Virus record (IMG/VR): IMGVR_UViG_3300014047_000001
Span: 1 to 64,000 of that record
Reading direction: 5' to 3' (one strand)
Source: a virus
Lineage: Duplodnaviria; Heunggongvirae; Uroviricota; Caudoviricetes
Length of the DNA: 64,000 bases
Both the position numbers and the translations under genes were made by a program. The notes beneath the pieces are model-generated. The model ran no database searches. It was not told where the DNA came from and saw nothing but the letters and a program-made list of their open reading frames with translations. Numbering within the stretch: position 1 is the stretch's first letter; each line of letters begins with the position of its first letter. Shown piece after piece: positions 21,750 to 33,584 of this stretch.

Positions 21750-22282
21750 TGGAATTAAATAAGTATTCAATGCTTAGTTCAGAAAGAGCGGATGGTTCAA
21801 ACAAATTCAATGAGAATAAATTTGTTTTTAATCATCTGTTTACTCATGATGAGTGTTTTAACAGACTTGTAAAAGAAGCCGAAAAATATAATAACGGAAT
21901 TATTGTCGCTTTTGATTTTGACCATACTATTTTCAATTATAGAGAATATGGAGATAAGTTGGAAGAAATTGTAAAGGATAATAAAGCAGAAGAAGCTGCT
22001 TATATGTGTGTAGTAGAACTTCTTAAAGCTGCATCAAATGTAGGAATAATATTAGTTCTTTATACAGCAGAGAAAGATGAAAAAAGATTAGAAGTAAAGA
22101 AAGAATTTTGCAAGCAGCTTGGTATTAATTATACTTTTGTAAATGAGTCTCCAGTTATGAATGGTACTAATAAACCTTATTTTAACCTCATTCTTGACGA
22201 CCGTGCTGGTCTCGAAGAGTCATTTAATATACTTAGTAGGCTTGTAACAAAACTAAGCGATATGGAGCAAATAAACAAATAA
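21749..22282 (+). CDS. HAD-superfamily hydrolase-like protein
   Basis: HAD motif I (DxDxT) is present as VAFDFDHTIF. Confidence 0.45.
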   Translation: MELNKYSMLSSERADGSNKFNENKFVFNHLFTHDECFNRLVKEAEKYNNGIIVAFDFDHTIFNYREYGDKLEEIVKDNKAEEAAYMCVVELLKAASNVGIILVLYTAEKDEKRLEVKKEFCKQLGINYTFVNESPVMNGTNKPYFNLILDDRAGLEESFNILSRLVTKLSDMEQINK

Positions 22283-22299
22283 TTTAAATTTATAAATAC

Positions 22300-23163
22300 A
22301 TGCAGATTATAAATCTTATTAACAAGGACAAAGGTGATATTGTCTATGACATTATCAATTTTTCAGATGGTGAGAAACATCTCAAGTTTATCACAGAAAT
22401 CAATCGTAAGGATTCAGTAAAGGTAATTTGCCGCATTACTTCTATGGATGAGTTGTTTATTCTGATGCAGGTTGGAGATATTCTGAATCGCATGGAAGTA
22501 GAGTGGGCTTTAGTAATTACCTATTTGATGGGTATGCGTATGGATCGTGTAATGTCTTTCAATGAGGCATTCTCATTAAAGATTGTTGCAAAGACTATTA
22601 ATGATATGCATCCTGATGCAGTGTTTGTTGTTGAGCCACATTCAGACAGAACACTTAAGCTTATCAATAATTCTACACCATTGATGAATCACTTTGCTGA
22701 AGCAGCAATGACAGATCCGGAACATAATTATATGATTGTATTCCCTGATGCGGGTGCAAAGGCTCGTTATGGTGAGGCATTGGAAAATAAAGTTCCAATG
22801 ATGACATGCCATAAGAAGCGTGATCCAGCAACTGGTAAACTTTCCGGATTTGGTATTGATAATCCTGAAGTATTGAATGAATATCCTGAGTGTAATGCAT
22901 TCTTTGTTATTGATGATTTGTGCGATGGAGGCGGTACATTCTGTGGTATTGCTGATCAGTTGAAAGAACTTCGTCCAGATTTCCATCGTACACTTGCTAT
23001 CACTCATGCAGTAGCAGCAAGAGGAATCTATAAGGTAATGGATTACTATAATGATTTGTTTATTACAAATTCATATGCAGATTGGGGTAATGACCAGTTT
23101 GTAGCAAGTAATTCTGATCGTATCTTCGTGCTTGATACAGAAAAATATTATTTCAATGCATAA
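22300..23163 (+). CDS. ribose-phosphate pyrophosphokinase (Prs)-like phosphoribosyl-pyrophosphokinase
   Basis: N-terminal FSDGEKHLKF...RKDSVKVICRITS matches the Prs N-domain. A PRPP-binding loop (FVIDDLCDGGGT) is present. GC content is higher than in the flanking sequence. Confidence 0.6.
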   Translation: MQIINLINKDKGDIVYDIINFSDGEKHLKFITEINRKDSVKVICRITSMDELFILMQVGDILNRMEVEWALVITYLMGMRMDRVMSFNEAFSLKIVAKTINDMHPDAVFVVEPHSDRTLKLINNSTPLMNHFAEAAMTDPEHNYMIVFPDAGAKARYGEALENKVPMMTCHKKRDPATGKLSGFGIDNPEVLNEYPECNAFFVIDDLCDGGGTFCGIADQLKELRPDFHRTLAITHAVAARGIYKVMDYYNDLFITNSYADWGNDQFVASNSDRIFVLDTEKYYFNA

Positions 23164-23405
23164 TGGATATTAATAATATAAAGTGGCGTCCTGCTACTGA
23201 AAAACCAGAGGATTGGGATGAACCAATCCTCTGTTGTACTTCTAAAGGAAAGTTGTGTGTATTCAAAGATACAAAAGGTAAATATCCATCAAAAGATAAA
23301 GAACCTAAATATATTTCATTATTTAATCGTATTAAGAATGATTATAATGTTGTATATTGGGTTTATCAAAAGGATGTTTTACCAGAAGAATTTAAAAATA
23401 AATGA
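23163..23405 (+). CDS. small hypothetical protein
   Basis: 80-aa ORF with weak similarity to the next small ORF. Confidence 0.35.
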   Translation: MDINNIKWRPATEKPEDWDEPILCCTSKGKLCVFKDTKGKYPSKDKEPKYISLFNRIKNDYNVVYWVYQKDVLPEEFKNK

Positions 23406-23408
23406 GTA

Positions 23409-23624
23409 ATGAATTGGCCTATGTTAAATTGGAAAAGGGTACAGGATGAAGTACCAGATAATGATAGACTTGTTATCTGTTGGATTAAAGGAGGAAAAGT
23501 AGGATTTGGTATTTATACAGATAAACTTAGTAAAGAATATAATGGTGAAAAACGTTTTGTTGTTTATGATTATGTAAATGAAAACGTTATTGCATGGGCA
23601 GATTTTAACGCATATCCAGAATAA
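23409..23624 (+). CDS. small hypothetical protein
   Basis: 71-aa ORF. Confidence 0.35.
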   Translation: MNWPMLNWKRVQDEVPDNDRLVICWIKGGKVGFGIYTDKLSKEYNGEKRFVVYDYVNENVIAWADFNAYPE

Positions 23625-23626
23625 TT

Positions 23627-24448
23627 ATGAGTAAATCAGTAACATATAAAATAACAGGAAATTATCCTAAATCAGTTATTACACATAATATTGATCCATC
23701 AAAAATAGTGGAATTAGATGAATTGAAAATCAATACACTTAAAGAAGGATCAATATATATAACTTATCACGGAGTTTTGAAAGAAGGTGTATATGATAAT
23801 ATAGCAAATCGTATTATATTCCCTTCTGCTGTATTGCATGAATGTAGTGGCTATCATAGAGGATTATATGATGATACGTATGTTGGGGCAATCCTTGTAC
23901 GTACACCAGACAATAAAGATATTCTTACTTTTTTGTATAAGTATGAAGATGATGGTAAAAAATATATAGAGATCCATCCTATTACAAATCCTTATGAATA
24001 TTTAAAATCTGGTAATAACTGCTGTAAATGCCAATGGGGATACAAGTATCCTAAACGTGCAGTAAAAATATTTGATACTTTTGCAGAATATAAAGCGGAT
24101 AAGAAAGCGAAAGAAGATAAGTCAGAAGAGAATTTATGTGCAACAGAAAAGAAGAAAAAAGTTGTACAAGCAACAACACCAGTATTTTCTTTTACTACAC
24201 CTAAATTTAAGATTGAAAAAATTATTAAAGAAACTGAATGGACTTCTGCAAAAGAAGGAGATACTATTTATGGAGAAATACCGGTAATTACAAAGGATAA
24301 TGGTTCACCGCAAACCCGCTTGTATGGTGGAAACAGCTATACAAATGATGTATGTGTATATGTTAATGACAAATTTGACAGAGCAATAAGTCCTTTGATA
24401 TTCCAGAAATTATTCATGAATAATTATATAGTACAAGAGATAAAATAA
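23627..24448 (+). CDS. hypothetical protein (paralog of 12165..12971)
   Basis: 273-aa ORF. See the paralog note at 12165. Confidence 0.55.
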   Translation: MSKSVTYKITGNYPKSVITHNIDPSKIVELDELKINTLKEGSIYITYHGVLKEGVYDNIANRIIFPSAVLHECSGYHRGLYDDTYVGAILVRTPDNKDILTFLYKYEDDGKKYIEIHPITNPYEYLKSGNNCCKCQWGYKYPKRAVKIFDTFAEYKADKKAKEDKSEENLCATEKKKKVVQATTPVFSFTTPKFKIEKIIKETEWTSAKEGDTIYGEIPVITKDNGSPQTRLYGGNSYTNDVCVYVNDKFDRAISPLIFQKLFMNNYIVQEIK

Positions 24449-24516
24449 TTCAATATAGCGAATGACTTTTTTAGTTATTCGCTATATAATTATTATTAAA
24501 TTGTACTATATAAATT

Positions 24517-25209
24517 ATGGCTAAAAAGAAAGTAAAAGAAGAGCCGAAAGAAATGTCAATGTATGAAGAAGACTTAATATGGATGTCATACAGATACTGT
24601 ATTGGCAGACATACTATTGCAGCTTCTATGCATGCAGGAGAGATAGCAAAACATGAATATTATAGATTATCTCCAGAAAGACGTCAGTTTATGGCATTTG
24701 ATATTCGCCGAGAAATCGCATCTACTTTAAGTTTTGGACCTTTGAATTTCCGAATGGATCCAAATATAAAAGAAGAAAATTATAAGCCCCTTGAATTATT
24801 GTTAGAATTCTTCGATGATAATGATATTCATACCCGTGAAGATTTAGCAAAGATTGCAAGCATTCATACCCATATCACCTCTTATAATAATCCGCAAGAA
24901 ATTTATATTACAACAACCTCTAAAGATGTAAAAGAAGAATCACATATATCAACATTTGATATATTAGATTTAATTCCATGGGCAAACCTTGCTGCATGCT
25001 TTGATGTTAATAATCATAAGTGGTGTACTGTTAATGTAAATGGTGAAGAAAAGACTATTGAATACTTTGAAGCATGGGTAGAAGCAAATAGAAAAGAAGG
25101 TCAAGATTTTAATTTCACAAAAGTAAAAATAGGTGTAGATTCATATTTAAAGAATCCTAATTATTGCGGATACCTTATAGAAGATTATATTGTAAAAGAT
25201 GGAGTATAA
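24517..25209 (+). CDS. hypothetical protein
   Basis: 230-aa ORF. Confidence 0.5.
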   Translation: MAKKKVKEEPKEMSMYEEDLIWMSYRYCIGRHTIAASMHAGEIAKHEYYRLSPERRQFMAFDIRREIASTLSFGPLNFRMDPNIKEENYKPLELLLEFFDDNDIHTREDLAKIASIHTHITSYNNPQEIYITTTSKDVKEESHISTFDILDLIPWANLAACFDVNNHKWCTVNVNGEEKTIEYFEAWVEANRKEGQDFNFTKVKIGVDSYLKNPNYCGYLIEDYIVKDGV

Positions 25210-25435
25210 TTGGCATTAGATAACCGAATTACCAGAACATGATGGATGGATATGGTTATGTACAGGAAATAAAGGGTTAGGATCAAAAATAAGAGTATTC
25301 TATTATAATTATGAAAACCAAATAAAGCATGGACATACACGCCTTAAAGATATGTTAGTTGGTTCATTGAATACTGCAAAATACTGGATGTATGCTATAC
25401 CTATTCCTGAAGAATTAAAAGCAAATAAATTATGA
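25199..25435 (+). CDS. small hypothetical protein with in-frame TAG
   Basis: Frame-2 ORF of 78 aa (MEYNWH-Q-ITELPEHDGW...), hidden from the track by a TAG near 25217. Its TGA overlaps the next ATG. Confidence 0.3.
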
Positions 25436-25668
25436 GAAGAATAATAATATTAGATACAGAATCAAAAAGATTATTGAATATTATTTTATCTCCTGAACAA
25501 GAAAAATATTTAACAGAAGAGCTTAATAATGATATAGATCTTTTTATAAATGAAATTGTTGTAAAACTTTATCATATAAACTATAATAAATGTGCATATA
25601 TTACCGGTGATGTAAAGGATATAAAAGAAGAACATTATTACGGACCTAAAGTATTAGATAAAGTATAA
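25432..25668 (+). CDS. hypothetical protein
   Basis: 78-aa ORF. Confidence 0.4.
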   Translation: MRRIIILDTESKRLLNIILSPEQEKYLTEELNNDIDLFINEIVVKLYHINYNKCAYITGDVKDIKEEHYYGPKVLDKV

Positions 25669-25670
25669 TT

Positions 25671-26156
25671 ATGAGATATAATAGAGATAAGATTAAAGAA
25701 GAAATTGATATTTATGGACAGCATTATCCATGTCCAAAATCAAAGACAGTAGTAGAAACACATGATGGTAAACAATACTGGCGTCATTATGAATTTGGTG
25801 CAATATATGGTTTTGTTTTATTTAATGAATATGTTGCATATAGAGATGAAGAGCCAAAAGAAATGTATAGAATCATGTCTATTAATGAAGATGATGAAAA
25901 TTGGAGTATTCCACATGGCAGTATGACAATGGATACTGCTTGGATTACTGCAGTCAATAATACATGGCAACGTGCAGTAGAATGGAGTAATAAGCACCTA
26001 ATCCAGGGATGGGAAAAGGGTTCAGATATTACAGATCCTGGTCAATATGTACGTAAGCAGAAAGAACCTATTGTAAATGAAACCGTTCAATGGGATGATG
26101 TACCTGATAACGCTGTTTTAAATACAAAGTATGCATATATAGAAAATGAAGATTAA
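25671..26156 (+). CDS. hypothetical protein
   Basis: 161-aa ORF. Confidence 0.45.
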   Translation: MRYNRDKIKEEIDIYGQHYPCPKSKTVVETHDGKQYWRHYEFGAIYGFVLFNEYVAYRDEEPKEMYRIMSINEDDENWSIPHGSMTMDTAWITAVNNTWQRAVEWSNKHLIQGWEKGSDITDPGQYVRKQKEPIVNETVQWDDVPDNAVLNTKYAYIENED

Positions 26157-26167
26157 ATTAAGTAAGT

Positions 26168-27160
26168 ATGGAAAATAATACACAACAAAATAATACACAA
26201 CAGCATGTAACTCAAAAACTTTTTACTGAGTTATTTCGTCCACAAACATTAGAACAAGCTATATTAGTACCAAGAGTAAGGCAAGAATTGGAAAAAGGGT
26301 TGCAAGACAATATATTACTTTATTCTAATACTCCGGGCACTGGTAAAACTACATGTACGAGAATTCTTGCAAAATTGGGCGCGGACCCATTAGAAATAAA
26401 TGCATCTCTTGAAAGAGGTATTGATGTTATTCGTGAAAAGGTAATGAGTTATGCCAGCGCATCGTCATTATTTGGAGGAGAAGAGCAGATGAAAGTTGTT
26501 ATTCTTGAAGAGTGTGATAATTTAACATATGATGCATGGGCGTCTTTAAGAGCATTAATAGAGCAATTTCATAGTCATGTACGCTTTATTGCAAACTGTA
26601 ATTATATAGATAAAATCCCTGAGCCTATTCTATCAAGGTTTAATTGTATTTCTATCCTCCCAATTAATCAGGAAGAAGAAACATATCTTATTGCACAATA
26701 TGAAGAGCGTGTGAAGCTTATTCTTAATGCTTGCCATATTTCGTTTACAGATGAAAATGTAAAAACATTCGTTAAGAATAGTTTTCCTGATATGCGTACA
26801 CTGATTAAGAAAATTCAGCAGTTGTATACAAGAGGATGCAAAGAATTAACAGCAGATGCATTAGGTTCAACATTTGATTGCTCAACATTGTTCAATGTAA
26901 TTATGCAGCCTGGTAATCCTTGGGATAATTACAAATATTTGGTTGGCGACTGGAGTAATAAAGCTGATGATGCAATACTTGCAATAGGACAACAATTCCC
27001 AGAATACCTTATGACTACTTGTCCTCAGAAAATTGGGAAACTTCCATTGATTATAATCGCGATAGGAGAGTATAATTCAATGTTAGCAACATCTATAGAT
27101 AAATTTGTAACATTATTGGCATTAGTATTTAAATTGCAGATGATTTTACAACAAGCATAA
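26168..27160 (+). CDS. clamp loader AAA+ ATPase subunit (T4 gp44/RFC-like)
   Basis: P-loop NTPGTGKTT, DExx box (ILEECD) and an SRC-type SRFNC motif. Confidence 0.65.
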   Translation: MENNTQQNNTQQHVTQKLFTELFRPQTLEQAILVPRVRQELEKGLQDNILLYSNTPGTGKTTCTRILAKLGADPLEINASLERGIDVIREKVMSYASASSLFGGEEQMKVVILEECDNLTYDAWASLRALIEQFHSHVRFIANCNYIDKIPEPILSRFNCISILPINQEEETYLIAQYEERVKLILNACHISFTDENVKTFVKNSFPDMRTLIKKIQQLYTRGCKELTADALGSTFDCSTLFNVIMQPGNPWDNYKYLVGDWSNKADDAILAIGQQFPEYLMTTCPQKIGKLPLIIIAIGEYNSMLATSIDKFVTLLALVFKLQMILQQA

Positions 27161-27182
27161 TTTTTCTCATAATTGTATTTAG

Positions 27183-27248
27183 TTATTCTCCTTATCATAG
27201 AAGTATTTCCGTGATATAGGAGAATATTTATTTTTAATATAAATATTA
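27183..27248 (+). terminator. terminator-like hairpin
   Basis: TATTCTCCT, a 25-nt loop, AGGAGAATA, followed by TTTATTTT. Confidence 0.3.
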
Positions 27249-27271
27249 TAAAATTTAACGGTATTTAATCT

Positions 27272-28135
27272 ATGAAATTTCCGTATGAATTATCAGAATA
27301 GAGATTAAGTTTATTATCAGAGGATGATCGTATTCTTTATGAATATGAGCATTCACCATTTTATAGTTATGAAGATAAAGTTCGTTCTATAAATGAGTAT
27401 AATCAGGCTCGCTATGGACGTTATCAAAACTATTATAATCAGTTAAATGAAGATGAAGAATTCAAAGATTTGAGTGAAGATGAAAAAGCAGAAATGTCAA
27501 AGCAATTGACAAATGTTGAAGCTACTCAAATCTATGAAGAGGTTATTGAGCCATTAGTATATCCTATATTAATGGAAACAATGACAAGTGATGAATATAA
27601 AACGCTTAAAGAAGCTACATTAAAACAAATGTATGAAATGCCTATTACCGCAGATGTTATTAATGAAGGTACTGCTCCAGGTAAAGATCAAACTTTCTGG
27701 ATTCCAAATATGGGTTGGCTTGGTGCAATTGCTGGAGGTATACTTACAACAGGTTTAGCAGGTATGATAGGATTATTTATGGCTGGTAAAGATAAAGCAG
27801 CAGCAAAAGCACTTGAAAAATATATGAGAAAACTTGTAGAAACTGTTGATATGGGTTTATACAAGAAAAAATCATTTTGGAATTGGTTAGGTGGTAAATT
27901 TGGTAGTAAATCTAAAGGAACATCTGGTGATCAATCACGTGCATGTTTTAGAAACATACAAGAATTAGTAGAAAGAAAAATGTGTACAGATATATTAGTT
28001 GCTGGAAAAGCATGCGGATTCTTTGGTAATGATCCAATAAAAGATGCAATTACACATAATGTTGAATCTGGTGGATTAAATCTTTTATTTAAAGAAAAAA
28101 TAGCAGATAAAATAAATACGCTCATTGTAAGTTGA
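27272..28135 (+). CDS. tail-associated protein (possible tail assembly chaperone)
   Basis: ATG at 27272 is in frame with track ORF 27470..28135, across a TAG. It has one hydrophobic Gly-rich segment. TGA at 28133-28135 is followed by the next ATG at 28137. Confidence 0.4.
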
Positions 28136-28136
28136 T

Positions 28137-31100
28137 ATGAAAAAGATAAAGTTAACAAATAAAATATATTCTCAATATAAATCTATAAATGAAGATACAT
28201 CTACTGGTACAGCAGGTGCAGCTTTTGAATTATAGATACCCGAAAATATTTTAAAGCCTATAGAAGATAGTATAGAATAGGAAATTTATAATGATAATAT
28301 TTTTGTTCGTGTAAAAATGACAAAAAATTTTTACGATGCAATGAGTTTCCCTACTGCATGTACAGAATTAAATCGTTTAGTAGAATTTGTAGATTTCCCT
28401 GGTTATTTAAAAGATTTAGGCGGACGATTAGATTCTGATCCAAAAATTAATATTAAATAGGCACCTGATTATGCGGCAGCTGCATTTGCAAATACAGAAT
28501 TTAATATATTTACAGCAAGTCCATTAAAGAAAACACATGAAAGTGTTTCATATAATAGTAATTCTGTATTAAATGAAGATATTTTACCAACAATGACACA
28601 AGTTGGGCAAGCTGCTGGAGAATTAGGTGTTATGATTGGACAAGGTGTTGCTGATGGTATTAGTGGTTTTGCTAGTACTGTTGGACCGGCTATTGGTAAT
28701 GCTGCTGCATCAGCAGCTCCTACAATAGGTTTAGGAATTGCTGGTTTATGGGGTGCTGGTTATGCAACAGGTGCTGCAATTGGTACATTAAGCAGTGATT
28801 AGAATCCTAACAGATTTACTAATGATAAACAATATGATATTGATTATACAGCAATTCCAGAAGAATCAAAAACAACATCAAATGACCCAATAGTTGCTAT
28901 AGATGATTATATAAGAAATATACAAGCAAGTGTTTCTAAATTATTATCTTATATTACAGCTAGATCTGCAAGACAAGATATTTCAGAGTTAGAAAAAACT
29001 ATTAATACATTAACAGGTAAAGCAAATAAAAGTATTGAATAGTTTATTAGAGATAATAATGAAACATTTAAAGAAAAACAAGAATTAGAACGTCAACAAG
29101 AAACAATAAATGCTACTAGAAAGGCAGAAATGGCACAAATTAGAGCACATATATGGTCAATATTAGGACGTAATAATTTAGTAAGTCAATATACATCAGA
29201 ATTAAAGAAGATTGATAATATGAAGCTTATAGAATTATAGGCATTAGAAAAACGATTATAGGAATATGATAGAGCTTCTTCTAGAAAAACAACCGATGAA
29301 TCTATAAAGAATATTAATCTCTTCTTTAATCAATTAAATGAAAGTGATGCGATTACTTCATCAGACAATGGAAAATATTTAATATTTAATGCAGATCCTA
29401 TATATGATGATATAAAAACTACATTAACAGAAAAAGTTATAAAAATTCTTTCTACTGATCCAGAAGATTGGGAATCAATAAAATGGGCAAGAAAAGAAAT
29501 GGATGTTATGCAAGAAGGCGCTGATAAAGAAATTCTTGCAAAGATTGATATTATTTGCCGTACTGGTAATGTAGAGCAAATGGGATTAGGAGCAAAACTT
29601 GGAGCATTTATTCATAAGCATCCAATGAGAGCTGAATATCTCAAAGGCTTATGGGGAAGATATATGCGTGATTTGGATGTACGTAAGCAAAAACGTATAG
29701 ATAATATGACAACACCTGATAATGCTTCTCCACTTGGTATGTGTACTTCTTTCTTAAAGAATACTTATCCATCGCTTATAGCAATGATGATAACATATAA
29801 AGCTATTATTAAATTAGTTACAGATACACGAGTATAGAATAAGTATGTAGATATTATTGAAGACCCTAATAAACAAGCTTCTCAAAAACAATAGCAAATA
29901 AAAGCAATATCTACAAAATTAGAGGCTTCATTTAGAGGAGAAGGTATATATCTTGCAGCAAAGAATAATAATGGTAATCCTATATATGACGATGAAAAAC
30001 ATGTATTTACTGTGGCACCAAATATATTAACAAGATTTGGATTATTCATGTCACAATTTTCACCAGAAAGATCTTTGACAAAAGATAATATAGATAAGTA
30101 TGGATTAGACTTTATTAATATGGTAAATCTAATAGTACCAAATGATACTAATGCTACATAGAGCTTCTTTACACGTTTTATATCATTCTTGAATAATTTC
30201 GGTAATACAAGTGCATTACAAAAATGTAATATTGATCCATACTTTATTAATTTAAATGCAAATCAAGAATTAGTTAAAATTATTGATTTATTAGATAATA
30301 TAACAGCTATAAAAAATAAAGTTGATAATGATTCTTTCTTCTCAAAATTAGCTAATAATAGTTTAACAGAATCAGATAAAAATAAGTTCTGTTATTTACT
30401 TGCATATATCCGCAGTACAAGAGGATTATTCTTATCTAATTATGAGAAATTAAAATCACAAATTTTAGGATTAGAAGTAAAAGATAAAAATGATAAAGAT
30501 CTTAAATCTATAAGAGAACAATTACATATTAATGGTGATATATCATCTATAAGTGCCACAATTGATGATATTAAAGCAGAATTACCATGGGATTCTCTTA
30601 AATATATTCTTGGATATAATTTTAATGATAGTTATATTTTATCTGCATTATTATATTATAAATTAGGTTTATATGAATGTGATAAATTTAAAAATGAATT
30701 TAATACAAATATAAATTATAGTTTAATAAAATCATTTATTGAATTACTTGGTGATAACTTTAATAAAGTTACAATGTTATTTGATAATGATGCAGCAATA
30801 TTTGATCTTGAACATTTCCGAAATGAATATATGGGTACTAATGGCGCTATAGACGCGAAAGGCTTATATGATTTATTACATATATTTACAAATACAGATA
30901 AAAAAGATTTAAAGGATTATCAAGCATATGCGCAAACAATAGATAAGCAACTAAAATCTACAAACCCTATTGTTCCATCAGGAGAAAATATAAAAGTTAA
31001 TAATATTAATAGTTTTAATGATATTATTACATTATTTGGATTTGATTCACATAAAATAAAGAGTATTGATGGATTTATACAAAATCTTAAGAAAGATAAT

Positions 31101-31712
31101 TTAAAAGACTTGGATATAGAAAAATGTTCAATAATTTTTAAAGAATATCTTGCACAAGTTATTAAAAAATTTGATGAAGATTTTGATAAACAAGATTTAT
31201 CTGCATTTGAAAAGTTTGTGGGTAATGTAGATGATAATAGTCATATAGAAAAAGAAACAATATTTGTAGGATATGACAGCAATGATAATGCAGCACATGT
31301 TTCATTATCACAATTCTTATCAATATATTCTGAAGTTGTTTCATATGCATTAAATGATAGTAATGTTAAAACGAATCTTACTAAACTTACTAATGATATT
31401 GATGCAGAAATTAAAAAAGCATTTAAACAAAAAACAGGTTTAGAATTTAATTTTAATTTCGTTAATATAAATGATGGTTTGCTTGTATAGATGTCTGAAA
31501 AAGATATGACGCCTGGTAATATTAAGGGTATAATAGATACATTAGAAGTTACAAGCAATGGACAAGTATATAAAGCTAATACAGATATGCTTGTTAAAAA
31601 CAGCTTATTAAATTTCTTGCCGGATATATTTAATCTTCCAATTATGACGAGATTTGTAAATATTATGTTTGGTAATGAAAATGGTAAAATTTATAAATAT
31701 CAGAAATCATGA
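28137..31712 (+). CDS. tape-measure-like giant protein (1191 aa)
   Basis: Frame 0 is open from ATG 28137 through track ORFs 28593..28802, 29499..29837, 30189..31490 and 31491..31712, crossing about 12 TAGs, to TGA 31710-31712. It has a Gly/Ala-zipper hydrophobic stretch and long coiled-coil-like regions. Its position follows a tail-chaperone-like gene. Confidence 0.5.
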
Positions 31713-32242
31713 AAATAGATGAATTATATTTTGGCTATACGCCTTATTCAAAATATACATTAAATGAAGATGAAAATACAGATTCATCTAATGATAATAG
31801 TGAATAGGAAAGCTCTGCAGAAAAAAAGAATACGAAAGAGAAAGTAAATAAAAATACAAAAGTAAATATTGATGCATATTTTAAATTAACTAATGATGAA
31901 TCTACTGGTCAAAATGGTCCAAAAGGATTTGCTGAAGAGCTGGAAGATTTATTAAGTGTTCCACATGTAGCAGATTCAATGGCTGCTAAATTAAAAGATA
32001 CAGAAAATAAAATAACAGAAAAAGATAAAGAGATAGAAGAGCTATCTAAAAAAATGGAAGAGCTGAATAATACAGCAGATGCAATATTAACAGCAGGTGC
32101 TAATGCACAAACAGAATTAGTTAATATGAAAAAGCAAGCAAATCCAGAAAAGAATAATAACAAACCTAATAATTCTAATAATAATGATAATCCTCCTGGG
32201 GATAATGACCTATTGAATGCTATTAAAGGTGTCGGAAAATAA
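31709..32242 (+). CDS. coiled-coil protein with Asn-rich tail
   Basis: ATG at 31709 (ATGA overlap) is in frame with track ORF 31979..32242, across one TAG near 31805. Confidence 0.45.
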
Positions 32243-32277
32243 AAGATAATAAATAATATAAGTTAAATAATTTTAAT

Positions 32278-33519
32278 ATGACAACAGAAGAAAAATTATA
32301 GATGAGTAGAGATATTAAGCAATTAGTATCAATACATAATGATATTTTGGATCTTTATAATAATACATTATATGAAGATTCATGGGATGATAGTGTCATA
32401 TAGAATTTTGAATCATTATTAGTTGATTATAATACAACACTTGAAGATTTACGTACATTAGTAGATCAATATGAATGGGAAGATGAATAGAAGAAACAGG
32501 ATTTTTTTAAAATTTATCATAATGTAATAGAAGCAGATAATAAAGCATTTAATGCAGCTAAAATACGTCATGATGCATATCTTACTTACCGTTCAAAGCG
32601 TAAATCTATTATAAAATTCCTTTGTGATGCATGTGGTATAGTTCGTAGAAAAGGAAAGAATTACCCAGAATTATTTGATTATTTTAATAAAGCTTGTGCA
32701 AAGGTAAAATTATATGACAATATGGATAATGAAGGTGGAATATCTGCTACACATACACCTGTATTAAAATATTGGTTACAACATCGTTTAGGTACAGTAT
32801 TACATGAAATTAATAATTCTGTAAGTATTATAGATACATATACAGAAGATGATTTAAAGACAGTATTTGCAAAATATGTACATTGTCGTGAAATGGCATA
32901 TGCTATATTTAATATGATAACATCTACTAATGAAGTAAATGGTTATAAGAAATATCATAATATTCTTGATGCTTACTGTAATGCAGAATTAAATGATAAA
33001 TAGTATGAGCGCTTATATCAAGCGGTACAAGACGAGGGTGAATTTATGCCATCAGATGATTATCAGCAACATATGGATCAATTGTCTTGGAATATGAAAG
33101 GTGTTTATGAAGATCGTTTCTATGGTTTATTCATAAAAGATGAGCCAAAAGATAAGACAAAGATAAAGCAGGTAAATATGGTTCCTCGTAATGCAAATCA
33201 ATGTAAGATTCTTTCTGATGGTCGTTCTATTTACACAGGTGTTGCAATGTTCCCAGGTGATATAATAGAAATCTGTCCAACTAAACAAATAGATAAGTCT
33301 GCTTTATATTCAAAAGATATGAGAGACATTGTATTTGAAGTTGAAAGAAATGAAAAGTATGTTATTCCATTCGGATATTGTCAATACTATGATATAGCAG
33401 ATGAGAAGCACCCCGCAAATTGTGATTATATATGGGATCCAAATACAAACACAATAGTCATAAAAGCTTTATTACGCTTACCAAAGGATACGAAATTGTA
33501 TCTAAATTTGCAGAAATAA
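32278..33519 (+). CDS. hypothetical protein (413 aa)
   Basis: Track ORFs 32722..33003 and 33046..33519 are both frame 1 and joined across TAG 33001. The ATG at 32278 is in frame across three further TAGs. Confidence 0.5.
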
Positions 33520-33584
33520 TTTTTTATAAAAATTACGATAAATAATTTAAGTAATAATAAAAACAAAATAACTTTTATTAAAAT

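Noticed and set aside
22642-23007. Minus ORFs 22642..23007 and 22673..22900
   Set aside because: They are antisense to the Prs-like gene.
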